Positions 47,378 to 57,332 of a stretch of 64,000 bases of DNA are shown here, piece after piece. The stretch's first letter is position 1; every line of letters starts with the position of its first letter. The notes beneath the pieces are model-generated. The model ran no database searches, was not told the origin of the DNA, and was given only the letters and a program-made list of their open reading frames with translations. The DNA comes from an uncultured virus (IMG/VR IMGVR_UViG_3300013109_000180) (taxonomy: Duplodnaviria; Heunggongvirae; Uroviricota; Caudoviricetes): the IMG/VR virus record IMGVR_UViG_3300013109_000180; one strand, given 5' to 3'. The translations under genes were made by a program, and so were the position numbers.

Positions 47378-48554
47378 AAAATTCCTTAAATGTATGTTGG
47401 AAGTTTTCTTTTCTTAATAAATCTAATTTATTAGTCTTTATTTTAAAATCCTCCCATAAGCTATAATCTGATTTTTGACTATTCATATAGTTTACGGCTC
47501 GTTTAATCCATATGTTATCACTGTCTTTATACTTTTCTGTAATAATGTCTTTTATATATTGAGGTAGCGTATGAATACAATCAGGACCACTATTTACAAA
47601 ATGTCGTTGGTTAGTAAAACCATAATATCCTAAATTATTAAATTCTGTACAAATCTCATTTAAATAAAATATATTAAATATACTTATAGTAGGATCCAAA
47701 TGTGCAAGATATTGGCTTTTATCTAATTTTTGAAAATTCTTAATATTATTTTTTACTTCTTCCCACTCAGCTAATTTACGCTGATAGTTAAATCTCTCAT
47801 TAATATCATCTATGCTTATTGCAAATTTTACTTGCTTAAAATTCTTGTATAGTTCAAAGTTTTCTTTGCTAGGAAAATATGTTCCGTTTGTATTGTATCC
47901 TATTATAATATTACTAGTATCAATGTCAGGATCGTTTACTAAACGTTCTATTAATTGAAAATGCTCAGGAACCATAAACGGCTCGCCACCCATAAAATGT
48001 AAGTACTCTAATGATTCTAATTGATTTACATCATTCCAAAATTTTGGATCATCGATCCAATCACACGATTGTGTATATTTAAATGACTCGCTGTTTTTAA
48101 ACTTTACTTTGGGCTCTTCCATTGCCGCAGTATCTTTTGCCCAGGTACTACTATTATGTACTCCACATATTCTACATTTTAAGTTACATCTATTTCCTGG
48201 TTTAATTTCTAACCATTTTAATTCATGCTTAGGTGTTATTCCATTCATTGCTTGTTTTGTTACTTCCATAGCAACAGATGATGTTGAAAAAGTAGTTCTT
48301 ATTTCTGGATCTTTCCAACATTGATGACATGCAGGATGTTGTTCGTTGCGTTTAAAACTGTCTACAAATTGTAGTCTTATTGGGTCGTTGTATACTTGTT
48401 GTATTGTTTTATTTCTAATGTTTAAATCAAATTCATCGCCCATACAACAAGGTCTTATATCGCCATTGGCTTCTATTGCCATATGTGTAAATGGCAACGC
48501 ACAAAAATTATTACCGGGTTTCATTAACCACTCTCTTACTTTATCTTCAGACAT
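47364..48554 (-). CDS. Radical SAM protein, N-terminal twitch
   Basis: CALPF...PCC...CHQC; CNLKCRIC; MGGEPF. Confidence 0.92.
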   Translation of the reverse strand: MSEDKVREWLMKPGNNFCALPFTHMAIEANGDIRPCCMGDEFDLNIRNKTIQQVYNDPIRLQFVDSFKRNEQHPACHQCWKDPEIRTTFSTSSVAMEVTKQAMNGITPKHELKWLEIKPGNRCNLKCRICGVHNSSTWAKDTAAMEEPKVKFKNSESFKYTQSCDWIDDPKFWNDVNQLESLEYLHFMGGEPFMVPEHFQLIERLVNDPDIDTSNIIIGYNTNGTYFPSKENFELYKNFKQVKFAISIDDINERFNYQRKLAEWEEVKNNIKNFQKLDKSQYLAHLDPTISIFNIFYLNEICTEFNNLGYYGFTNQRHFVNSGPDCIHTLPQYIKDIITEKYKDSDNIWIKRAVNYMNSQKSDYSLWEDFKIKTNKLDLLRKENFQHTFKEFYEQF

Positions 48555-49263
48555 TTTCGTTTAACCATTTTTCTTCTTCTGCACTATAATATTGTCCAGC
48601 AAACTTTTCAGTTTCTTCATGCTTGGGATGTTGCCCTAGCATACCGTCAGCATATGGTTTATTCCATCCTGTGCGGTCTTCATTAACACGTGGCCTAATT
48701 TTTCTAACTGTATATTCTACTCCACATTCTTTTAATTCGTTTATAATTTCTTTCCATTCTTTCATGTGCCCAGGTAATGCCATAATGTGTACGTGCATAC
48801 CTTTGTATTGATCTTTGGCTCTGTATTCTTGTATTTCTTCCCACATACCTGTAATATTATTAATAACTTTATCGTGAGATGCAAATTCGAAATGATAGCT
48901 GATTATAACATAATGTAAATATTTTAATGCTTTCTTATATATTTTAGGAGGCGGACTTCCATTAGTAGTTACACTGCAACGATACACTCCATTTTCTTTA
49001 GCGTACTTTAGCATATCAATAAACTTAGGATGTACAAAAGGTTCACCACCAGTAAAACTTATTTTAATTTTCTTACCATTAGATGCTTCCACAATTTTAT
49101 CTATTGTGCCTGTGTATACTTCCCAACTCATATGGTCGCTGGTTTTATTGTGTAATTCATTACCACAATAACTACAGTTATAGTTACAACGTTTACCCAA
49201 GTTCCATTCTACACGAAGTAGTTCGTCTTTGGGTGCAAAATTATCTTCTATACCTACTAACAT
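48547..49263 (-). CDS. Radical SAM core-only protein (no SPASM)
   Basis: VEWNLGKRCNYNCSYC; TGGEPF; TTNGS. Confidence 0.9.
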   Translation of the reverse strand: MLVGIEDNFAPKDELLRVEWNLGKRCNYNCSYCGNELHNKTSDHMSWEVYTGTIDKIVEASNGKKIKISFTGGEPFVHPKFIDMLKYAKENGVYRCSVTTNGSPPPKIYKKALKYLHYVIISYHFEFASHDKVINNITGMWEEIQEYRAKDQYKGMHVHIMALPGHMKEWKEIINELKECGVEYTVRKIRPRVNEDRTGWNKPYADGMLGQHPKHEETEKFAGQYYSAEEEKWLNENV

Positions 49264-50417
49264 TAAAAATGTTCCTTTAGTTGTGGTACTGCTTTCACTA
49301 CACTATCTCCTCGCATTTTATCCAAATCATTTGTAAAGTTAATAAACACTTCCCATAGCTCTGGATTAAATGTTCTTTGTTTCATACTTTCAACTAACTT
49401 TTCAAAATCACTAAACAAAGATAATCTTCCAATTGCTTTATCTCTTAAATCATCGGGTAAATTCATTGGACTTAAATATGCTGGTTTGTTACAGATAGTA
49501 GTGAAACTGTTATTTGCACTTACTCTATCATATTTATCTTCCAAATCATGTAAGAAAAAATGCAAGTCTGGTAAGTTGAAAACGTTATAATTTTGCAATG
49601 TTACATTAAACATTATTTGTACGTTTTCTAATTTATCATATACTGCTAGTGTGTTTTCAAAATCTTCTATAGTATATTTTCCACCTCTTATATAACTATA
49701 TAAATCACCTGTGCCTTCTATACTGAAACATATGCTGACACGTTTAAAGTTGCTTAATAATTTTAAAATCTTAGGATTTTGTACTGTACCATTTGTAGTG
49801 TAGAATAATTCTACGTCAGTCATATCTTCTTCAATTAGCCATTCCAAAAATTGATTATGATGTTTTGCCATCATTGGTTCGCCACCCTTAAAGTCTATAC
49901 GTTTTACTTTCTTTAAATGAGGTAGCATATTACGTAAATCTTCTAATTCATATTGTTGTAATGGAACAGGACGTGTATTCTTTTCATAACGCTTGTCTAT
50001 TTTGGCTAACGCTAATTCTTCTTCAAACCAACTGTTACTTGCCCAACTTCCACACATACGACATTTTAAATTACATACATTTGACAAGTTAATATCTGCT
50101 TGATAGAATGTAGGGTTTGGTACATCATGTGTAGTTGGCTTAGGTTCATTATTGAGAAACTTTTTGTTAAACCATAAGCGTCTACTTTGGCCTACTAAAT
50201 CTTCTCTCTCCCAACAACTATTACATGCATTGTTTTCTATACCTTGTAGGAAATCTTTGCGTAATCCTTGCATACGTTCACTATTAAAATTTTCCATTAT
50301 TGTATTATGCTCAGTATTAGGCATACGTCCTTTATTACTAAATTGGCAACATGGTTTAATATCACCATTAGCGGTTAACGTGATTGCATTCCAAGGCATA
50401 TAACAAAATTTACTCAT
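49263..50417 (-). CDS. Radical SAM protein, N-terminal twitch
   Basis: CYMPW...PCC...CNSC; CNLKCRMC; KGGEPM. Confidence 0.92.
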   Translation of the reverse strand: MSKFCYMPWNAITLTANGDIKPCCQFSNKGRMPNTEHNTIMENFNSERMQGLRKDFLQGIENNACNSCWEREDLVGQSRRLWFNKKFLNNEPKPTTHDVPNPTFYQADINLSNVCNLKCRMCGSWASNSWFEEELALAKIDKRYEKNTRPVPLQQYELEDLRNMLPHLKKVKRIDFKGGEPMMAKHHNQFLEWLIEEDMTDVELFYTTNGTVQNPKILKLLSNFKRVSICFSIEGTGDLYSYIRGGKYTIEDFENTLAVYDKLENVQIMFNVTLQNYNVFNLPDLHFFLHDLEDKYDRVSANNSFTTICNKPAYLSPMNLPDDLRDKAIGRLSLFSDFEKLVESMKQRTFNPELWEVFINFTNDLDKMRGDSVVKAVPQLKEHF

Positions 50418-51237
50418 TTTTATGCTCCTTACAATATGCTAACCAGTCTTCATAACTTTTATGAAAAGCCGTATTGTATAGCTTCTCGTCAGGTTTAATA
50501 TTATGAAATTCTTTTATATCAAAGTCAAAAAACATTTTATCAGTTTTTAGCCATTTTTTAATTAGTTCTGCTAAAATTACATGTGACTCACATGTTATAT
50601 GCCCAATTCTAATATCCCCTTTTTTATCAGAGCAATACCATCCACTATTTTCTGATGTAGGATGTTCCCAATTAAATATTTTATTTTCGTAATGGGTAAT
50701 GTCAACTAAACAACTAGTAGAAGGAATATATTTATTGTCGCCAATGTGTTCAATATTATTCCAAGCAAATGCTTGTATAAATTTAACATCTGGTCTTAAT
50801 TGTTTTATTCGTGCTACCATTAAATTACAAAATAAAGTTTCTCTTTCTGCAAAAGCGTCAAGTGGTTGCATTTTGTGCCATTCAATTAAAGATAAATGTA
50901 AATGATTAAGTATAGGATCATAGTCATCTGATTTCTTTAATCTTTCTATGGCTCTAATGCTATACTCTTGATCACATGAATTTAGTATAAAGTCGCGATG
51001 TTTGAGAGTTATTCTGCTGCCTGGATTAGTTAATACAAAAATAACTTGATCATATTTACTATGATGCTTTTCAAATTCTAAAAAACTATATGCTACATCA
51101 GTACCGCCATAGGCATATGTTTGTGCTCCTATTAATTCCATCCAATTAACATTAGAAATCTTAACAATATTTCCATCCCATTTCGCCCTTACATCAGGTA
51201 CAGCAAAACTATCACCAAATATTCCTATTTTATTCAT
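50410..51237 (-). CDS. SGNH hydrolase-like protein (start ATG 51237)
   Basis: IGIFGDSFA; DIRIGHI...H. Confidence 0.65.
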   Translation of the reverse strand: MNKIGIFGDSFAVPDVRAKWDGNIVKISNVNWMELIGAQTYAYGGTDVAYSFLEFEKHHSKYDQVIFVLTNPGSRITLKHRDFILNSCDQEYSIRAIERLKKSDDYDPILNHLHLSLIEWHKMQPLDAFAERETLFCNLMVARIKQLRPDVKFIQAFAWNNIEHIGDNKYIPSTSCLVDITHYENKIFNWEHPTSENSGWYCSDKKGDIRIGHITCESHVILAELIKKWLKTDKMFFDFDIKEFHNIKPDEKLYNTAFHKSYEDWLAYCKEHKNE

Positions 51238-51796
51238 TTGGCCACTCCGTTTGTATAGGGTCAATGCTAAGTTCATTTACATTTAAATGATATGGCATAT
51301 TAATTACATATTCAATCATATCTACAGCATCGTTTAATTTCATTACTTTTCGACCAGGGTGTTTGTGTGCATTGTTTTCTAATGTACCAAATGTAATATA
51401 ACTAACCTTAGGACCACCAGCCCATATGCTTTTTAAGCCTAATGCATTGCTTGTACTACGTAAAGCCTTCTTTTCTTGCTGATAATGCCAATCAGAGCCT
51501 TTAGTAGCTCTGTCTGTTGTACTACCTAAACATACTATATGTAGTCTTTTGCGATTGGTTTGGGCGGTTTTATAGACTACATCTAGTAGCAAAGTTTGAT
51601 GGTACTGCCATAGTGCAGATCCGTTAATAAAGACGTCATAATTAAGAGCCTTTTCTGCTAGTTTCTTTTTATAACTATCTTGTGTTAAATCGTAATCCCA
51701 ATTAGTTCTACTAACAAATTCTGTTTCTGGCCAACGTTCAGCTATTGCACTTGCTACGCCAAATTCTGGATTTCCTGTACATATTATGCTTTTCAT
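51230..51796 (-). CDS. Short-chain dehydrogenase/reductase-like protein
   Basis: IICTGNPEFGVA, DVFINGS, LGS, YQQEK (YxxxK). Confidence 0.75.
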   Translation of the reverse strand: MKSIICTGNPEFGVASAIAERWPETEFVSRTNWDYDLTQDSYKKKLAEKALNYDVFINGSALWQYHQTLLLDVVYKTAQTNRKRLHIVCLGSTTDRATKGSDWHYQQEKKALRSTSNALGLKSIWAGGPKVSYITFGTLENNAHKHPGRKVMKLNDAVDMIEYVINMPYHLNVNELSIDPIQTEWPNE

Positions 51797-52935
51797 TTAA
51801 TACTCCATGGCAAATAACTTTGATAATCTAACTTTTTAATAGGACCAAATATGTCTACAAATTTTTTAAAATTAATCTCATCTTCCGTTGATTTATTTAA
51901 TATACTATACACTAAGTGGTGCCTAACATTATTAATATTTACTTGTTCTTTTTTATGTAATTGGCCTTCCAATAAGTCGAGTTCTTTTATTGTTTGTTCT
52001 ATTATATAATTAGGAACAATATGTGTACCTAAATATGGTCTTGATACAATAGTTGTAAAATGAAACCTTGAATCTGTATTTGGATTATTTTTAATAAAAT
52101 ATCTTATCATTTCTGGTAGTTGATGTATGTTAAAACAATGCACTACTGCAAGATAAGTCCAACTTAGGTTAGTTTGTTGTTCCATTAGTCTATGTTGTTT
52201 TTCCCACCAATTCCAATGATGTGGGCTTCTTACTAAACTGTATAATTCTCTTATTCCATCTATGCTAAGACCAAAATCTACTTGTTTAAATTGTTTCAGT
52301 AGTTTGTAATGTTTTTCATTTGCACTTCCGTTTGTTGAGAATTTTATTTTCTTATTAGTAGATCCTTTTTTAATAAGAGTCTCTAATATAGTTGTACACT
52401 GCTTTGTAAAAAATGGTTCGCCGCCATCTAAGTTTATTGTGTGAGCATTGTCTAATGCATCTATATAATTTTCCCATTTGTCCAAATATATACCACTAAA
52501 ATCTTTTTGTAATATTGCAGGATCTTTATCTATAGAATATATCTCATGATCACTGCCTAATTTTTTATATTCTTTTGCTATTATACTACTTCTAGCTGGC
52601 CTACATATATTGCAATTTTTATTGCATATGTTTCCAAAACTTAACCAAACTCTTTTTATGTCTGTTTCAGTTAATACGCCGTCTTTTCTATTTTGTTGTA
52701 AACGTTGACTATCTTCACCTTTATCTTCTTTAACCCAACAGTTATAGCAACCTTCATCTCTTTCGTTATTAAGCATTTTACGTTTAAGTTCTTTTAACCA
52801 ATCACTGTTTAAATAATCTTGTACGCTTTCTAGACTTTTATCTCTTTTGCCTCTGTATGTACAACAAGGTCCCAATGATCCAATATTATCATAGTGAATT
52901 GTTTTCCATGGTTCGTTGCAATATGTTTTAGACAT
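51793..52935 (-). CDS. Radical SAM protein, N-terminal twitch (start ATG 52935)
   Basis: CNEPW...PCC...CYNC; CNKNCNIC; DGGEPF. Confidence 0.92.
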   Translation of the reverse strand: MSKTYCNEPWKTIHYDNIGSLGPCCTYRGKRDKSLESVQDYLNSDWLKELKRKMLNNERDEGCYNCWVKEDKGEDSQRLQQNRKDGVLTETDIKRVWLSFGNICNKNCNICRPARSSIIAKEYKKLGSDHEIYSIDKDPAILQKDFSGIYLDKWENYIDALDNAHTINLDGGEPFFTKQCTTILETLIKKGSTNKKIKFSTNGSANEKHYKLLKQFKQVDFGLSIDGIRELYSLVRSPHHWNWWEKQHRLMEQQTNLSWTYLAVVHCFNIHQLPEMIRYFIKNNPNTDSRFHFTTIVSRPYLGTHIVPNYIIEQTIKELDLLEGQLHKKEQVNINNVRHHLVYSILNKSTEDEINFKKFVDIFGPIKKLDYQSYLPWSIK

Positions 52936-54145
52936 AAGGTTTGAACTCCGGACATACATCTAGTAAATTACCTTTTTGTAATTCATCTGTTTTCTTATTA
53001 TAATCAATAAATTCTTGCCACTTATCTTCATACCAGTTCTCAGCCCACATATATTTTATTGTATCTGCTACTTTTGGAATATCCAAGTAAGGTTGTAAAC
53101 GATCTTCTGCTATTTGTTTTAACATTAATGGTAATGTGCGAATGTTATACATTTCTGGATGATTAAGAATATTCAAATATATATCTTTATCGGGAACACC
53201 CTTACTACGTGTCCAATCAAACAGTTCACTCATTGCACACATGTTTAATACTTGTACTGTACAATGTACTTGAATATATACGTTTGGTAGTGCATTTAAC
53301 TTGTCAAAGTTTTCTTCTATTTTAGCCCAGTTACTTGGATAGCGAACATATCTATCTCTGGCACCAGTTGCATCAATACTTGTATTAAGTTGTACTCCTT
53401 TAAAGTGTTTCCAGTAATCTATCATTTTTTGTGGAATATTTGTAAGGTTAGTATTATATTTTAATCTAATGTTACCTGCTAAATCGTTTTTAATACAATA
53501 ATCAAATAATGCATATTGACTTACAGCAAGTGTGGGTTCTCCGCCAGTTAAATAAATTTCTTCAATGGTGTGTGCAATTTCAACAAAGTTTAATCCTGTT
53601 TGTTCACGATCTGGCCACTGTTGCATAACATCTAACCATTCTAATTGTTCTTTGTTTAATGGATCGTTTGGTTCAAGTTTTGCTGTACCTGTTACTTTAT
53701 TCCAATCCTTAACCCACATACTACTACTCCACGGATTGCACATACGACATTTTAAGTTACATAAGTTGCCTAAACGTAAATCTACATAACGTATATCTAA
53801 TGGAATTTCTTCTGCTACTTTTACATCTTTTTTATACCACTTTTCATTGTATCCAATACGTGGACTACGTATGCCTGCATCTTCTTCACGGAAACAACGT
53901 TGACATGTTTTTGGACGTTCTCCATCTATGAATTGTTTACGAATATCTTTCATCCATTGACTGCTCCACATCTCGTTGACATCATCTTTAAATATACGAT
54001 ATGCTTTTCCACTGCCATCATCTTTTAATACTTTATTGTTTTGTGGGTTACTGTTACAACACACACGAAACCCTCCGCCAGGATTAACTGCTACGTGCAT
54101 AAACGGTAATACACAAAATGTATCGCTTGGTAATTTTTTACTCAT
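52928..54145 (-). CDS. Radical SAM protein, N-terminal twitch (start ATG 54145)
   Basis: CVLPF...VCC...CQRC; CNLKCRMC; TGGEPT. Confidence 0.92.
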   Translation of the reverse strand: MSKKLPSDTFCVLPFMHVAVNPGGGFRVCCNSNPQNNKVLKDDGSGKAYRIFKDDVNEMWSSQWMKDIRKQFIDGERPKTCQRCFREEDAGIRSPRIGYNEKWYKKDVKVAEEIPLDIRYVDLRLGNLCNLKCRMCNPWSSSMWVKDWNKVTGTAKLEPNDPLNKEQLEWLDVMQQWPDREQTGLNFVEIAHTIEEIYLTGGEPTLAVSQYALFDYCIKNDLAGNIRLKYNTNLTNIPQKMIDYWKHFKGVQLNTSIDATGARDRYVRYPSNWAKIEENFDKLNALPNVYIQVHCTVQVLNMCAMSELFDWTRSKGVPDKDIYLNILNHPEMYNIRTLPLMLKQIAEDRLQPYLDIPKVADTIKYMWAENWYEDKWQEFIDYNKKTDELQKGNLLDVCPEFKPYV

Positions 54146-55199
54146 CTTCAAATAACTCCGGACAGGCACTTCTAAAGTTAGTACCCATTAATCTATCTTT
54201 AATTTCCATGTGTTTAAGTAACTCCTTAAATACGTTCTCATCATATTCATAATCAGTTTTTATATTGTATCTTTCTCTTAGTTTATTGTTTAAACTACGA
54301 TAAGTCAAATATTCAGGTTTATAAATTTCTACACTTTTAGAAAATGTAATGTCGAGATCTTTTGCCCATTGTGCTGATGTCTCATTTTGTGCCGCATTTA
54401 TTGTCATAGGCAAGTAAAGTATACATAGAGCAAAATTATTATTTTGTTTTGAGATATTACTAAATTCTTTCAAGTTTGTTTCTACTTCTTTCCAATTAGC
54501 ACCTGCTCTAATATATTCAAATCTATCTTCAATACCATCTATACTTACTAATAAAGAAACCTGTTTAAATGTTAATAGCATTTTTAACATTTCTTCATCT
54601 ATTGGAATAGTACCATTAGTAATAATACTTAAATGCACACCTGGAGATATTCCATCGTCATATAAACGTTTAATAATCTTTCTTACGTGTGGAATTAATA
54701 AAGGCTCACCACCTGTAAATTTTAAATATTTTGTGTCATAAAGTCGTTCCATAATTAATGGAAGTATATTTTTATGCCACCCTGTTTTCATCTTAGCGTC
54801 TTTTTTTACAATATCTAACCATTCTTCGTCTGGGTTTTCAGTAACTAACTTTTGCCACTTACTACTGCTTACTGGATTACACATTACACAAGTAAGATTA
54901 CAAGTGTTATGTAATTTTAAATCCCAATATTGTATTCCTTCTTCTCCATCAAACCATTCATTTGCTCGTTGTCTTAAACTTTGTTTTCCTCGATCTTCTT
55001 CTGCTTTACATTCATAACAGTTAGGCAACCATTTATCGAGACTTTGTTCATATAATTCGTCAAACTTTTCCCGCCAACCATGTTCATTATATCGTTGTCT
55101 GATATCTGTGTTTATATACATACAACAAGGCCTAACGTTACCAATAGGACCTATAGTCATTCCATTTTTAAACATTAAACATTTTGGCATAATTCTCAT
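54138..55199 (-). CDS. Radical SAM protein, N-terminal twitch
   Basis: C...PCC...CYEC; CNLTCVMC; TGGEPL. Confidence 0.92.
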   Translation of the reverse strand: MRIMPKCLMFKNGMTIGPIGNVRPCCMYINTDIRQRYNEHGWREKFDELYEQSLDKWLPNCYECKAEEDRGKQSLRQRANEWFDGEEGIQYWDLKLHNTCNLTCVMCNPVSSSKWQKLVTENPDEEWLDIVKKDAKMKTGWHKNILPLIMERLYDTKYLKFTGGEPLLIPHVRKIIKRLYDDGISPGVHLSIITNGTIPIDEEMLKMLLTFKQVSLLVSIDGIEDRFEYIRAGANWKEVETNLKEFSNISKQNNNFALCILYLPMTINAAQNETSAQWAKDLDITFSKSVEIYKPEYLTYRSLNNKLRERYNIKTDYEYDENVFKELLKHMEIKDRLMGTNFRSACPELFEDE

Positions 55200-55938
55200 T
55201 CACTTTATTTTTAAATTCATCACTTGTATCACCATCAAATATCATATGTATTCGAGGTTCGTCACTGCGATTCCATACCGAGTGTACATGTCCTGTGTTT
55301 ATTTTAAAAACACTACCCGGTGTAAATGGCATCGTGCCATATTCTTCCATAACTAACGCACAACCATCTGGGTTATTAATTGCTACATTAGTGGCTCCTA
55401 ATCCTGCTAGTCTATCAGTGTCACTATGTGGCATAATCCATCCGCCTGGCAACACTGCCATAAATCTAACACGAGTAAATTTATCATATAACATCTCGTC
55501 TTCCATCCATGTTTTTGTTATTGGACAAAATTTTGCAATATCAGTCCAAGTGCTTAGATCCTCTTCTGCACTATCTGGTAAATTGTAATCTTCAGGAACG
55601 TTAGTATGTACACTACTCATTCCATGAATACATAGACTTAACCAACCTCCGCCACTGTTTGCTCTATGCAAACTAAAACATTCTGTTTCTAATAAATGCA
55701 TTGCTTCTTTCTGTATATCTTTCCACGGTACTGGTATTTCTGGAATATGAACCCATGGCACATTTGTATTATCCATAATATTATTAATGTTACCATTACT
55801 TGGAAGTTGATACTTATCTGCTACTGCTGGGTTACGGTCAAAGTAACCATCTATGTTTTCCCATGTTTCAAAATGTTCTATAGTTTCAGTATTTGCTTCT
55901 TCGTAGTATGCTAATCTATTATAGTTTATCATATCCAT
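55168..55938 (-). CDS. 2OG-Fe(II) oxygenase (Asp/Asn beta-hydroxylase-like)
   Basis: RVRFMAVLPGGWIMPHSD...HVHSVWNRSDEPRIHMI. Confidence 0.85.
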   Translation of the reverse strand: MDMINYNRLAYYEEANTETIEHFETWENIDGYFDRNPAVADKYQLPSNGNINNIMDNTNVPWVHIPEIPVPWKDIQKEAMHLLETECFSLHRANSGGGWLSLCIHGMSSVHTNVPEDYNLPDSAEEDLSTWTDIAKFCPITKTWMEDEMLYDKFTRVRFMAVLPGGWIMPHSDTDRLAGLGATNVAINNPDGCALVMEEYGTMPFTPGSVFKINTGHVHSVWNRSDEPRIHMIFDGDTSDEFKNKVNENYAKMFNV

Positions 55939-57332
55939 TTCTGCCTGTTTATATTTGTCATATTATAGTAATTTCCATTTAGGTCGCCATTAAGATAAAC
56001 TATATTTGAAATACTTTGTACTTTTCTTACATAATCTATTCCATTAAAAGTTGTTTGAAGTCCTTTATTAAAATAGTTTGATTCATATAAGAATATATTA
56101 CTACATTGTAATAAAACATTTTTATTATGTGGTATCATTTCTACAATCTTATCATAATCATTAATAAGATCAACTACTTCAAATTGATGTTCTAAATTTC
56201 TTATTTTACTCCATACTGATAACCATTTGTTTTCGTTTTCAAAGCTATCTAAAAACTTTTCCCAGGTTCCAAAACCATAATGACAAGTGCCGTCAAAGTT
56301 CAGTCTACTCTTATTATTTTCAAAAAACTTATGGAAATCTTTTCCATCCCATTCGTATACTAATATTTCCATCCACTTAACTGCGTATGGACTGTAGTCT
56401 GCCCATATTACTTTTTCCATGACATTAAGACTTGGTTCCATATATTTAAATTGATGTAATCCACTACATGGGCATACCATTACTTGTATATCATCTACAA
56501 TTACATGTGGTACTGTCTCGGTATTAAGAACATATAAAACAGCCGAATCTTGTATTTTAAATTCAAGTAAAGGTTTCTTATCTGGATAGTTATCTTGTAT
56601 GTCGTATATACTATCTGCATGAAGATACTTTTTAAATATTTCACCCTCTGTCCATTCAATGTCATCTTCAGGATATGTGCATACTTTAAGACCTCGTATA
56701 TTATAATCTACGTTAAAAACTTTTAGTCCATATTCCAATGATGTTCGTAAGAAACAGTTAAACAAGTTATATGGCTTCTTCGCTTCTTCGTAACTTTTCC
56801 AATTACTATCTGGTAAATATTTTTCTGATACTGGTTTAATCCATTTAGGAGTATAGTCATCATGAAAGTGCTCTTTACTTGCTTCATATAGAGGTACAGG
56901 ACATTGTATACTTTTTGTAAGTTTTCGTAAATTAACAATAACACATTGATGGTGGAACGTAGGTCTACATCTGCCCGGCCTATCTAAAATATGTCCTGCA
57001 CAGCCCCATTCTTCTTTATCCCATTCTTTAACTGATTTTAATATTTCTTTGTCAATATCATTATCATCTGGCCAACTGCCTTCTGCCCAAAATACCGCTA
57101 CTTTAAACCCAAGGTGTTTTAAATCTAATAGTACTGAATCTATTTGTTCTATTATAACTCTATGTATATAAGACCCATTTGTACTAAGATTTATATTCCA
57201 ATCAGTTGCCATTTTTAACACAGATATATAATCATCAGATGCTTTTTCTTCAAGCTCTCTACACATTACACCTTCCAGTGATATGTGGCATATCTCTTTT
57301 TCTCTTATTGTTAGTTTTGATTCTGATGCCAT
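55929..57332 (-). CDS. Hypothetical two-domain protein, paralog of 57332..58618
   Basis: FWAEGSWP, YVLNTE, WADYS, WDGKDF, SNIF motifs. Confidence 0.7.
   Translation of the reverse strand: MASESKLTIREKEICHISLEGVMCRELEEKASDDYISVLKMATDWNINLSTNGSYIHRVIIEQIDSVLLDLKHLGFKVAVFWAEGSWPDDNDIDKEILKSVKEWDKEEWGCAGHILDRPGRCRPTFHHQCVIVNLRKLTKSIQCPVPLYEASKEHFHDDYTPKWIKPVSEKYLPDSNWKSYEEAKKPYNLFNCFLRTSLEYGLKVFNVDYNIRGLKVCTYPEDDIEWTEGEIFKKYLHADSIYDIQDNYPDKKPLLEFKIQDSAVLYVLNTETVPHVIVDDIQVMVCPCSGLHQFKYMEPSLNVMEKVIWADYSPYAVKWMEILVYEWDGKDFHKFFENNKSRLNFDGTCHYGFGTWEKFLDSFENENKWLSVWSKIRNLEHQFEVVDLINDYDKIVEMIPHNKNVLLQCSNIFLYESNYFNKGLQTTFNGIDYVRKVQSISNIVYLNGDLNGNYYNMTNINRQKWI

Noticed and set aside
44585..49263. Radical SAM genes as QueE/7-deazaguanine, MoaA or NrdG pathway members
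   Set aside because: No queC/queD/folE/dpdA, moaC or nrdD in the window, and the domain layout (twitch/SPASM) differs; genes outside the window cannot be excluded.
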